A stretch of 64,000 bases of DNA from Podarcis erhardii (taxonomy: Eukaryota). The notes under the pieces are model-generated. The model worked only from the letters and a program-made list of their open reading frames with translations, did not search any database and was not told where the DNA came from. Location of the stretch: NCBI GenBank assembly GCA_964252035.1, contig OZ176201.1. One strand, given 5' to 3'. How positions within the stretch are numbered: position 1 is the first letter of the stretch; each line of letters begins with the position of its first letter. Positions 50,788-62,926 of the stretch are shown one piece after another. The translations under genes and the position numbers were made by a program.

Positions 50788-50932
50788 TATCTCATTCGGT
50801 AGAGCATGAAATTCTTCATCCCAGGGTCAATGGTTCAAGCCCTACATTGGGCAAAAGATTTCTGCATTGCAGGGAGGTGGACTAGATTACCCTCATGGTC
50901 CCTTCCAACTCTACAATTCTATGATTTTATGA
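50788..50932 (+). mobile_element. tRNA-head SINE with CR1-type tail
   Basis: CTCATTCGGTAGAGCAT...GGTTCAAGCCC head, CCCTTCCAACTCTACAATTCTATGATT tail. Confidence 0.65.
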
Positions 50933-51010
50933 AAGAACTGTAGGCCATCATGGTTCCCTGAAGAAGATGTCTGTCTGGTACATGTATTTGTCACATTCAC
51001 ATTCTTAGAT

Positions 51011-51357
51011 AAAGGTAAAGGGACCCCTGACCATTAGGTCCAGTTGCGCACGACTCTGTGGTTGCAGCGCTCATCTCGCTTTACTGGCTGAGGGAGCCGG
51101 CGTACAGCTTCCGGGTCATGTGGCCAGCATGACTAAGTCTCTTCTGGTGAACCAGAGCAGTGCACGGAAATGCCATTTACCTTCCCGCCGGAGCGGTACC
51201 TATTTATCTACTTGTACTTCATGCTTTTGAACTGCTAGGTTGGCAGGAGCAGGGACCAAGCAACGGGAGCTCACCCTGTCACAGGGATTCGAACCGCCGA
51301 CCTTCCGATCGGCAAGCCCTAGGCTCTGTGGTTTAACCCACAGCGCCACCCGCGTCC
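51011..51357 (-). mobile_element. Sauria-type SINE, full length
   Basis: Reverse complement of the 36 kb copy. Confidence 0.85.
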
Positions 51358-52975
51358 ATCTCACATTTCTAAACATATTCTCAAAACATTTTGGCGCACA
51401 TCTAAAAATATAAAAGTGAAGTGGTTTGGGGAGGCACATCATAGTACCATCGGTGACAAAAATCTGTTTAGCTTCCAATGAGGATTGGACCGTGGATTTG
51501 TGAGGAAGCAATGACTAATCAAAGGCAGGTGGTGTGTCTGTATAATCCCACTAGCATAGGAAATGCTGCATGGCAGCAGAACGGTGATTGCACTGCAGAG
51601 AGGTCTGTATTTCATAATTGCTATTGATGCCTAAGTTAGAAGTAATGGCTTGTTTCATGTAAAAAAAAAAACAGTACTGGAATTATTTGTGGAATAAATA
51701 TTTGGCTTGCCATCAATACGGTATCTATTTATATTAAATTTACCCAGTGCAAATAGATGAAAATAAGCCAGCAGCTTTTCCTAACATCTCTCCCCCCCCC
51801 CCAACTCAGTGACCTGAAGAGTAAAGGTCTATATAAGTTCCGCAGTGGGGAGTTTTTATTTAAAATGAAGCAATATTCTCCTGGAAGAGACAAGCAGAGT
51901 CTATTGGGAAAATCATTGGCCTGTAGAAATGGTGGCAGGCATACAAAAGAGCTCAGAAAGGTGTATTGGATTTAGCAAGAGCAATGGGAGCTAATGATAT
52001 TAAGTTGGCTGGTAAGCTATGTGAACAGCTGTAACCTCACTGATGGAAATGAATGGGCCATCGATACGCTGTCCTCAGACAAATTCATAGGCAGAGCAGT
52101 GTGTGCTGTGCACTGGGGGTTGGGGGTGGGGTGGTGGGGAATCTGCAGCAAAGTAACCCCAATTTTGCTCCAAGGAAAACTGTGTGCTGAAGCCTGCTTC
52201 CCTTATATTTATTTATTTTCCATAATTCATTTGATTTAAATAAAGGGGAAGGGCACAGAACTATGCAATAATACAGCCCTGATCATGATCCTATCAGCTG
52301 CCTCTCTAGCTTTCACCCAGCGTTGCTTACTCAGTTTCAGCCCTATTCACCACAGTCATGAGGGATAGAATCATGGTTTGCTTTCTAAAATGAAAACAGA
52401 GAATCCCAGCAGGTTGTGTTCTGCGCTCAATTCTGTGCTTTTGTTAACTGGCAGAATACACACAAGTCTTGCACACAAGCTGGCTGCCTGCTGAAGTCCA
52501 AGGGCATTTTTAAAACCACAGGTGGATAAATGAGTTTACATAAACTGTGTTTTGTCCATCATCATCACAAGCAGTGTGTAAGAATCCGAGCTTTTAAAAT
52601 GCCACAGGTCAACTTAATGTGTTTCGACCTATGTATATTGCATCTTAGAGGACAGGGGCTGTATTAAAGTTGTGTGTGATATCTGATTTAAGATAGCACA
52701 CTGCTTACTTATGAGGGGTGCAAAAAGTAGCTGTGACTAAGGTACCATTATAAGGACTGACAAACCTGAATCTCATTCATTACAGTTTGACTTTTGCTGG
52801 CTTGTACTAGAATAATTGCATTATGTTTACATGTGTGATATTGATATAGATAGTGCTATTTTTCTAGAAAAATAGGTGTTGGAACTCACCATGAATGCCT
52901 CCCTTGTTCTCTTATAATGGCAAAGGTGCCCACCTGAGAGGTGCTAGAACTGCCTTCCAGTGAGTTCTGACTGAA

Positions 52976-53714
52976 NNNNNNNNNNNNNNNNNNNNNNNNN
53001 NNNNNNNNNNNNNNNNNNNNNNNNNNNNNNNNNNNNNNNNNNNNNNNNNNNNNNNNNNNNNNNNNNNNNNNNNNNNNNNNNNNNNNNNNNNNNNNNNNNN
53101 NNNNNNNNNNNNNNNNNNNNNNNNNNNNNNNNNNNNNNNNNNNNNNNNNNNNNNNNNNNNNNNNNNNNNNNNNNNNNNNNNNNNNNNNNNNNNNNNNNNN
53201 NNNNNNNNNNNNNNNNNNNNNNNNNNNNNNNNNNNNNNNNNNNNNNNNNNNNNNNNNNNNNNNNNNNNNNNNNNNNNNNNNNNNNNNNNNNNNNNNNNNN
53301 NNNNNNNNNNNNNNNNNNNNNNNNNNNNNNNNNNNNNNNNNNNNNNNNNNNNNNNNNNNNNNNNNNNNNNNNNNNNNNNNNNNNNNNNNNNNNNNNNNNN
53401 NNNNNNNNNNNNNNNNNNNNNNNNNNNNNNNNNNNNNNNNNNNNNNNNNNNNNNNNNNNNNNNNNNNNNNNNNNNNNNNNNNNNNNNNNNNNNNNNNNNN
53501 NNNNNNNNNNNNNNNNNNNNNNNNNNNNNNNNNNNNNNNNNNNNNNNNNNNNNNNNNNNNNNNNNNNNNNNNNNNNNNNNNNNNNNNNNNNNNNNNNNNN
53601 NNNNNNNNNNNNNNNNNNNNNNNNNNNNNNNNNNNNNNNNNNNNNNNNNNNNNNNNNNNNNNNNNNNNNNNNNNNNNNNNNNNNNNNNNNNNNNNNNNNN
53701 NNNNNNNNNNNNNN
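52976..53714. other. Assembly gap (N run)
   Basis: Direct observation. Confidence 1.
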
Positions 53715-56214
53715 GTTGAATAATATTCTCACCACAATATATTCATTAGCTATGCACTTAGGACTGGGGAGCACGTAAAAGTTGTAATCCCCTTAGTAGA
53801 TATTTCAAAAACCCAACTAAGATGGTTATCATTCACTTAAAAAGAAACATGTTCTACCTATAGAAGCATACAGGGAAACTATGTAGGTTTTTTCTGCCCA
53901 GTATAAAGTAAACCTGCTTCCCTGTTGCAAAGTTCTGGCCAGTGAGTACAAAGTTTGTCAAGCACTTGGCACTTAAAAAAAGAAAAGAAAAGTTTTATTT
54001 AAGTGTAATACTATTTTATTCAAAACATTTATAACATCAAGGCTGCAATCCTACACACCCTTATTTAGGAGTATGGCCCCCTAAACTGAATGTGGTTTAC
54101 TTATAAGTAGACATGCATGGGGTTATACTGTAAACGGCTATTATTAAGAGATATTTTAAAATTCATTGCATTGGTGTTTTTGCTGTTCCTCACTGACTTA
54201 CAGGGCTCGCTGGCGAAGCCTCCCATTCCAAAATGTTGGGCAAGAAGGAGACAGGCCTGCCTGGGAGTCACACCGATTTCAAGAGAACTTAAATTCCAAG
54301 TATAATGTTAACAGGAAAACAGTGGTAGCCTTAAGGACTGTCCATCATAAAGCCAGCCACAGCTTTAAACTCTGTTCTCTCCTTGCTGTGCTGTGTTCTT
54401 TATTAGCCAATACAAAATTCCCCTTTTCATCACAACTTTTCTGCCTGTTGCTCCATTGTCATATTTTATGGAAAGTACCTAAGAAGGGTTGTTGTTGTTG
54501 TTTTACTACAGTAGGTGGGACTGTTGTCACTAGCTTGAGAGGGTACAGTTTTGTTTTGCTTTGTTTTTTCTTGGTTAAAAAACAGCCAAGAAAATCTGGA
54601 TCAAATCTTATTCAACCCTCCAAGCAGTAGCATGCTGATTCTGCTAAATCCTTGATGCGGAGGGGGGGGGGCCTTGCCATAGGTTACTCAAGGGTATGGG
54701 ACTCAAAAGTAGTCACCTTATTCTATTTAATATATCTCTTTGGTGGATCTAATAAGAAGTGCTGGGCATTTAAAAATAACATGATTCAAACTAAATTCTT
54801 TGACTCTTTTTCAAAAAAATCAGAATTGGATTAAAAACCAACATCCTCCCCAACCCTCACATTGTTCCTCTAAAATTAATTGTGGATGGAGCTGTTAATG
54901 ATAAATATATGTAATGGCTCTGCAGTTAATCATTCTGCTATTTCTATGTCATGTCTCTCAAGTTTCAGGACAGGGAAGCAGAACATGTAGTTCTTGAGGT
55001 CAGTAGTGCCTGGATTTGAAGCCATTAGCTATATTTATTTCTTAAAGGTCTGAGTCACATGGTCCACCCAAATCTATCTGTCCAGCAGTCTGTATTCAAT
55101 ACATAGGTAGACGTCTCTGGAAGCTCAAAGCAAGGCATGATGGCAGGTGTAGTCAACCCTTGTTGTTTGTTCCCACCTACTGATAGCCACAGACAGACTT
55201 CCTCTTGACATGGCAGCAACTTTTAGCTACAACACCTGCTCTCCATGAACTTATCTAATCTTTTCTGAAAGCCAACTGAACTAATGGCCATCACACCATC
55301 TTGTGGCAGTGAGTTCCACATGTTAATTGGAAATTGCGGGAAGAAGTAGCCCAGGACACCAAACCTCCCCTTTTCGGACCCCCTGAAACAGCTACCCCGT
55401 GGCCCTTGCCTTCAAAGAATCACCAAGCTTTTGATTTCAAGGGAACACATTTTTAATCCTCTTATCCCTGCAAGCCCCCGGTGAAATGATCGGGAAGATC
55501 CATACATCCTAATGTATGCAGCATTTTTTTCCTGCCACCCCCTTACAGAAACACACTGTTTTGAGGAAATATTTGCATTTCTGCTACTGGAAGCTGATTG
55601 GGTTTTTGATGTTGTTGTTGTTGTTTTGTTTTGTTTTTTGCAAATTAATAGAGACAGACTAATTTTTAAAAACTAGATGACTTCATTTTAGTTGCCTTTT
55701 TGAAACTATTTCGGCGGGGGAGTTCTCTTCTTGCTTATACGCGCACGGTCTACAACTTTTCTTTTTCGTATGTCGACTTTTGCGGGCATCCCGGACAGTT
55801 AGGTGAGGATTTAAAATAAGGCGTTGTAAATAGGGTATTATACCCACCTACGCGGCTCCTCTCCTCACGCACCGATCCAGGCCCCCATTCCATAGCCTTT
55901 CTTTACACGGAGGAGTTCGTTACAGAATCCAGTTCATCTCACTTCCCTATCTCAGTACTTAGCGCGCTAACAAAACTTAGTTTAATAGGAATGGGTGGGA
56001 AATACCTATTTTTTAAAAAGAAGATATATTTATATTAGGTTTTTACTTTGGTTTGGTTTTCCTGTTCTATTTGTTGATGATTTTCAGTTCTAGAACTTTG
56101 CCAGAAAACTGATAAGCATTTTTTTGGGGGGGACGGTGGTTTAACTTGCAAGGCTTCGATAGAACTACTCGGGGTCTTATGCATTCGCATAAACGCAAGA
56201 AGCTTTTGCTAAGA

Positions 56215-56218
<4 letters not shown>

Positions 56219-56256
<38 letters not shown>
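56219..56256. repeat. (TG)n microsatellite
   Basis: Direct observation. Confidence 0.97.
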
Positions 56257-56259
<3 letters not shown>

Positions 56260-57992
56260 TGTTAGCATACCCTTATCGGTATTTGGTACCGAATCACCAC
56301 AAGCATCTATCCACTCAGTCATTCCCACCCCCACCCCCCACTACAAATCTCATGGCCAACCGGGGGGGGGGGGATATATATAGGGCACAATCCAACAAAG
56401 TATTGAAGCTGGAAGGCTGGGTTTCTATGAGGCTAAGCGCGTTTAATTCTGAACTGGGCTGTGGCCGTTCTGTTTAGGAACCGAGTTAATTTTGTTGAGA
56501 TGACTGCCCCGATGCTAAACTTGGAAGTAAAAGTCCCACTGATAACTGTGCAAAAAGGGCCTTACTTCCAAGCAAATGCATGTTTTAAGGTGGTGGTGAC
56601 TGACAGCTGCCCATCATTCAAATGGATTGGATGACCCAGCTATTGAGAAGCAGGCTGGATGAAACATATATCAACGGGAATTTGCATTTGGAAGTAGAGT
56701 CCTTTGAAATCAAGGCTGCAATCAAGCCTTAGATGAGTCCCGTTGGAATCCACAGGACCGTTAGTTTCCAAGCAAACGTACGGAAGGAGCCCAGCGCTAA
56801 AGTCGCAGGTTAATTTAGCTGTGGACGAAATTAAGGAAATGCCACCGAACTGACGCGCTGAAGGTTGGGGGATTTAGTTCTGGCCTGAAATTCAGGTCCA
56901 TCTTAAACCATTTTTCCTCTAGAGAAGTTTCAACGGGACTTGCTTGCAAACGGTTTCAAACGTAGTTATATATCTGTGTTAAAACTGCCTCCTTCTATAC
57001 CCCCCAAATATGTGATTATTATAAAGGAGACTTTTTTTCTTTTCTTTTTTGGGTACTGCGGGTAATTCATGCTATTTTGAACCTTGGTTTTGAAGGGGGA
57101 TAACCCCCTGATTTCTCTGCAGCATAAACCACGCGATAAAACAAAACAGAAACAAAAAACAAAACAAAACAAAAACTTTCGCTCTCTGGGAAATTAGCAT
57201 GATATTATCAGTCCCATAATGCTTTATCTTGTAGACAAATATGGGCATCCCACAGTCCCATACAGTATGCAATGGGCTCCTCGTTTATCTATTTATTATT
57301 TAGCTATTTCGGTCCATTCATTTCTAGAGAATGCTGTAGGCTTGGGGGTACTTGGCAGGCAAGTCACGTTATGCAAATCTAGGCTTGATGATTCTGCAGT
57401 ATCCTTTAAAAAAAAAACCCAAAAAAACCACGCCACCACTATTGCTTGTATTTTTAACGATTTTTTAAGGGGGGGCGTCTCAACAGCATTTAGGGTGGAA
57501 GGGTAAGGGAGGGCAGAACCAATAATGCAATGTCTCCCCCCACCCACCCCAGCAGAAGAAAGGAGTCCTAATTTCTCTGAGATTTAACACGATGCGAGTT
57601 AGAACCGGCTCCTTCCATATTCGCCCCTCAGACCCCCGCCCCAATCCAGGTTAGCAACAAAGGAAGATCGGGTGGGGAAAGGAGGGTGATGAAAGTGGTG
57701 GGGTTGGGGTTTTTTCTGTGCTTCTAAGCCCCTCTTCTCCTTTTGTCTAAAGACCCTCGTGTGGGCGCGCTCCGTGCGTTGTTACAGATACACACACGCA
57801 CATATGAAATGCAAATATTATACATTATTATATGTGCCTGTTACGCAACCCCCACGCGCACCTACACAAATATATATTTATATATAGTATCTATAATCAA
57901 TTAGATCCCTGATTCCTGCTCATCCAAAAGCAAATCGGGGTGTTGATTATTTTTTTTTAAGGTTCAATTATAAACGATTTTGCACTAGAGAA

Positions 57993-57994
<2 letters not shown>

Positions 57995-58040
<46 letters not shown>
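57995..58040. repeat. (GA)n microsatellite next to the RARE
   Basis: Direct observation. Confidence 0.97.
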
Positions 58041-58106
58041 GCATTTGGAATAGTCACACTTGTCAAGTGAGACCATCTTTTAGCTCTCAGAAGCAGCAAA
58101 TCCATG

Positions 58107-58123
58107 TGAACTCTGGGTGAACC
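58107..58123 (-). promoter_or_regulatory. DR5 retinoic acid response element
   Basis: Minus strand GGTTCA-CCCAG-AGTTCA: two RGKTCA half-sites spaced by 5 nt, inside CpG-rich sequence between Hox3 and the expected Hox4. Confidence 0.8.
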
Positions 58124-58135
58124 AAGATTGAAGCA

Positions 58136-58143
58136 ATAAATCA
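58136..58143 (-). promoter_or_regulatory. Pbx-Hox bipartite motif
   Basis: TGATTTAT on the minus strand, 12 nt from the RARE. Confidence 0.45.
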
Positions 58144-59100
58144 TCGCTACAAAAGCCGGCTGCTGCATACGAGTTCCAGACCCCTTACCTTTAACGCTTT
58201 CACGGGCGAAGACTGAAAAGCAGAGCTACAAAAGTTCACATCTCTGCGCGTAGCCTAAACAAGGAGGGGGGGGGACTGTGCATCTAGGGGGCTAGGCGGA
58301 GAGGGAGGCTTTTTTTTTAAGGGGGGAGGGGGGTCGTTGTTGAAGAGTAGGGGTGGTATTGGCTTAATAGTAGCAGATTATGCTGCTTTGAGTGGTGGTT
58401 AGGAGCGGTGGGGTAAGGAGGGGAGGGCTCGATGCTCGGAAGGGAGACGGGGACGTAATCGAACGTCATTCAACAAAGACAAGGGATGAGAAAGAATCGG
58501 ATGGGGAATGCGGGGCGGGGGGAGGGAGGGAGGGAGAGAAGAGGCCGATTAAGGGAAAGGAAACCGGACAGCATACATGAATCTGGGGGAGGTGGGGGGG
58601 ATTGCACCATTTCCCCCCCATTTTTTATTTTTTTTATTTTTAAAAATGGAAATGCATGGATAAAATCTTGAATGATCAATGGGCCCATTCATTTGGAGAC
58701 GGTTCGCAGGGCATCAAGGCCGCCATCCTATGCGCTGGGAGCGAGCACGGCTGATTCCTGGAGGACTTCCTTCCGAGGAAACATGCCGGTGCAACACACA
58801 CACACACCCCGGAATTGTAGAACAGTTCCGTGGGGGGTTGAATCTATGTCCGGAGAAGAGCCTGGCGGTCTGCCTCAACTCACTGCCTCAACTCCCTTAT
58901 ATATCATATAGGCGATCTTGTGCATAAGTCCCCCACTCAAATAAATAAATAAATAAATCTCCCACACACCAAGTGACTCCCCCGTTTGAAACTAAAGCAC
59001 AGCTAGGAGATTTGGGGTGAGGGTGGTGTGTGGGAGAGAAAAAGTTTCACGCACATGCAGGCGAGGCGCACACACATCTCTATAGTTGACTAATCTATTA

Positions 59101-59120
59101 TGACAAACAATATGATGGAT
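59101..59120 (+). promoter_or_regulatory. Meis/Prep core plus Pbx-Hox motif
   Basis: TGACA (59101-59105) followed by TGATGGAT (59113-59120). Confidence 0.5.
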
Positions 59121-61164
59121 ATAGTTTATGTTAATCGCCATGCCCTTTCCTCTAGAATTTAACTGTAAGTTAATGGACACCGGAAACTAGAATTCTACAT
59201 GGCTTGCTAATGGGTTTAGGTATTAGCAAGTTCTAACGATGCATACAAATGCACTTGTCTCTGTAGGCTGTCTTAAGATTTATGGCTCTTTTGCCTTCTG
59301 TAGCTGTAAACAAGGGGGGGGGGGGAGAGAGAAGAGAAAGAGAGAGAAAAGGGAAAGAAATCCCAGCCCCTGTGCAATTTAGCACCTCCAAGGAGCCGTT
59401 TCTTTCACTTTCTTCCTTTATTTAAAGAAATACCCCAGGTTGTGGGAGGGAGTTTTGACTCCGTCTGCAACTTTCCTCGCCCCCCCTCCCTACTAAAATG
59501 CTCGTCTGTTGGGCTTCATTATGTTCTTACGTTCCCCTTGCCCACGCTTCCATCAAGGGGGACAAGGCACTGAAACCCACTTAGAAAGTCATAATGGCCA
59601 TAATAAAGACTCCGCTGCAAACGGGGTTTCGACTCCTACTCGACGGCGATGAAGGATGATTGTGGGTTCAGGTTCTACCGGGAGGGAGGGAAGGATGGGG
59701 TGGGGGTGAGGAGCGGTTGTTAGAGAGGAAAGTTTCGGGGAGAAAAATACCCCCCCAAAAAAACACATAACAACAACTACTGCAACAATAACAACAAGCC
59801 GACCCTGCAAACTCTAACAAAGGAACAATGAAGCTTTGCATCTCATGGTGTCTGGGGTGGGGTGGTGGAGTTAAGAATGTAACTTTGTATGATTTAAACC
59901 GCCCCCCTCCCTTCCCGATTCATTTCTGTTGGATGTCTTCCACAGGACCCGAAACCACGAAGATCTCGCTTAGTTTGGCTGGGGAAGGAAGAGGAGGAGG
60001 AGGAGGAGGAAGAGAAGAAGAAGAAGAACGCTGTGTGTGTACCCAAAGGAAAAAATATACCGGGGTGTCTCTGTCGGAAGGTAAAATGGCCTTATACATA
60101 ACGCAGTTATCTAGGTGACAGGAGAGATGCTTTGCTGAAGCTTTTTCCCGTAGCTTCAGTTTCGCGCCTGCGTCTTTTTCCAGGGTTGCAAGACGGTTGC
60201 CCAAGCCTGGTCGATCCGTTGGACAGAGGAACAAAATAAGGACGCATATATCGAAATTATTTCATTGATGAGTATATTGTTTTGTGGAATGCATTATTAT
60301 TGCTATTGTTATTGTTATTATTAGGATGGGCCCGGGGTGGGGAGAAGATCCAGGAAGGTCTAAAAGAAGAAGAAATTAGTAGGGAATTGATTGTGTTTGC
60401 TTCGAGACCGGTGGGAACCGCTTGCGAAGGTTTTCTCAGTCTTTGGGCGTGTTGTTGATAATCTAGCAACGGGGTGAAAACGTTCTCTCGGAAGCAGAAC
60501 CCAAAGTTCGCAAGTTGATAAAGAAAAAGAAGGGGAATTAACCGGCCTGCTCCCTTCCGCAGGGTTTATTAGCCTTCCGCACTCGCGCACCAACCGTCTC
60601 CAGCAAATTTATATTTAGCCAGGCCTCTAATGTATGTTTCAGCGGCGAGAAAAACAATCAAATCCTTTTCATCGATGTGTAACTTCGCTTTAACTTGGAT
60701 TTAAAACATCGTTTAGCCTCTGCTTACATTTAGAAGCGCGTGGGCGCTTTTTTTAAAAAATCGCTGTTCCATCCTATCCTCACTTCCAAATTAACTTATA
60801 GGGGTGTTTTTTGAGAGGGAGGGCAGAGTTATGAGGCATTTGATCAAAGCGATTTACATCGACCGGACCGCTTGACGGCATTGCCAGGATCTTATCTGAG
60901 ATCTGATCTTTAACAGGACCAATGCAATATTGTTTGCGTTCCCGGATTGTTTCCTTATCATAATCGCTTATTGACAAGAAACGGAATTAGTTTTCATTTA
61001 TGTTTAACACATTACTTTTTTAATTTTATTTTTTTTAAAGGGGGGAGCGTAATGATTCCTAGAGATAGTGGGATTCATGTCAGAGGAGTTCGTTTGCTAG
61101 CCAAAGTTATGTCTTTGTCACATAATGTATGTTAGATATTTGCAGGAGTGCACCACGAATACAA

Positions 61165-61294
61165 NNNNNNNNNNNNNNNNNNNNNNNNNNNNNNNNNNNN
61201 NNNNNNNNNNNNNNNNNNNNNNNNNNNNNNNNNNNNNNNNNNNNNNNNNNNNNNNNNNNNNNNNNNNNNNNNNNNNNNNNNNNNNNNNNNNNNN
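61165..61294. other. Assembly gap (N run)
   Basis: Direct observation. Confidence 1.
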
Positions 61295-62115
61295 TGCATC
61301 TTTCCTGCCAAGTTCAGTGGAGCTTACTGACTCCCAAGTAAGAGACTTTGCTGCCTTCCTAGATATTTTCTTTTTCTTTTTAAAAAAATTCTTCATCCTT
61401 CTTCCAAGCAACTAGTTACTCTATTTTTAAGTTAAACTCAGGAGCCCAGAAACCTAACACGCTGGATTTCAAATAATGGCAAAAATTAAGATGCCCTTTG
61501 CAGCATACATTTATGTTAAAGAGAGGGGGTTTCTAAAAGCTGAGGGAGATGGTCGGTGTGGTTTTTCGATGAAATGCAAGATTTTCAAAAACTGAAATGC
61601 CCTATTGGCTGATTTGCACCTGCTGATCGCAGGGATGCTGCCCGTTCTGGCGGTGCTCTGATCCAGAAAGGGACTGAAGCATAAATCGTGGAAGCAAAAG
61701 TCTCCTTTCCGAGTGTCCTAAAAGAAGGTCTAACTTTAACCTGGCACACACACACCCTTCCGCGAATCCCCGCGCCCCAACGATGTATTTAACATTTACA
61801 AACTAAGAGGGCATCTTCAAGATCACGTAAAGCAGATTAAATTATGCCTGAGTGAGTCGGACCCTACGCGCTCCCTGTGTAAAACCTTGTAAAATACCTC
61901 GCTGGGCCAGGACGATCCTAGGAAAAAAATTAAGTGGATCGTGCAAGAATGAAAGTCAGCCCACCTTAAAGAGACCACTGTGTTTTGGGAGATCCATAAA
62001 ATACACTTCGTGTTTACAGATTAACGGCGCGATCCTAGGCTTGCTTACTCCGAAGTAAGTGCTGCTGTGTTCTCCTAACTTCCTTCCAGGAAAGTGGGCG
62101 TCGGACTGCAGTTGC

Positions 62116-62116
<1 letters not shown>

Positions 62117-62177
<61 letters not shown>

Positions 62178-62185
62178 CATCCATC
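62117..62185. repeat. (TCTG)n(TCTA)n(TCCA)n compound microsatellite
   Basis: Direct observation. Confidence 0.97.
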
Positions 62186-62852
62186 CCAAAACAGAGTAAA
62201 AACAAACAATTACTGAACCAAAAATTAAAAAAAGGGAGTCTGGGGTTAGGCTGGTTATTCCAGTCACTTGAAACGAGCCTGCATTGCTTGGAACGCTCGC
62301 TTTGAGAATAATAAAATATTTAAAACTCCAAGTCAACCTTTTTCCTATTTATTGCCGTGTATAATTCAACATTACCGCGTATTAATAAGCCAATAATGAT
62401 AATCTCTATAGGAAAAGCATGCTAGCTGGGCCGCTTTTATGGCCGCCCTTATCCTTTCTAATGACCTTTGGCTCAGCAGAGTAATAACTCATTACGGAAT
62501 GAGCAATTGTCTGGAGTGCCTTAAATACCTCGCGATCTCTCTCTCTCTCTCTCTCCCTCCCCCTCTACACGCCGGACACTTCCAAGAAGAGGTACTGTGT
62601 GTGAGAGTGTATGATGGAATCGTCTTCCCTGTCTTGAGACAGCTTGGAGGGAAAGGAAGAGGAGGAAGGGCCACAAAGAGAGTCTTCTTCAGTTCCCTGT
62701 GCAGCTGTGCCATAGAAGAAGCCCCAGGACTTCTTGGTGATAAAGGTGCTGTTCACCTGGTTTTTCTGGATCTTGACATTTTATGCTCCCCTGGCTTTTT
62801 TGGCAACAGCAACTCCCAAGTAGCAGCACCCACTGTGGACAGATAAATAATT

Positions 62853-62926
62853 AAATACATAAATGACAATGGCCTATGATCAAGCCACAAAATACATAAA
62901 TGACAATGGCCTATGATCAAGCCACA
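62853..62926. repeat. Perfect 37-bp tandem duplication
   Basis: AAATACATAAATGACAATGGCCTATGATCAAGCCACA twice. Confidence 0.95.

Larger units (their letters stand above)
55600..62600. promoter_or_regulatory. CpG-rich domain without recognisable transposons (Hox intergenic regulatory region); boundaries approximate
   Basis: CG dinucleotides are visibly frequent outside repeats from about 55.6 kb. No SINE, LINE or MITE was recognised here, only microsatellites. Confidence 0.75.

Noticed and set aside
12413-50932. tRNA-like sequences as tRNA genes
   Set aside because: Each continues into SINE body or tail sequence and lacks a closed cloverleaf, so they are SINE heads.
52944-61415. Long ORFs containing X runs
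   Set aside because: Artefacts of translating assembly gaps.
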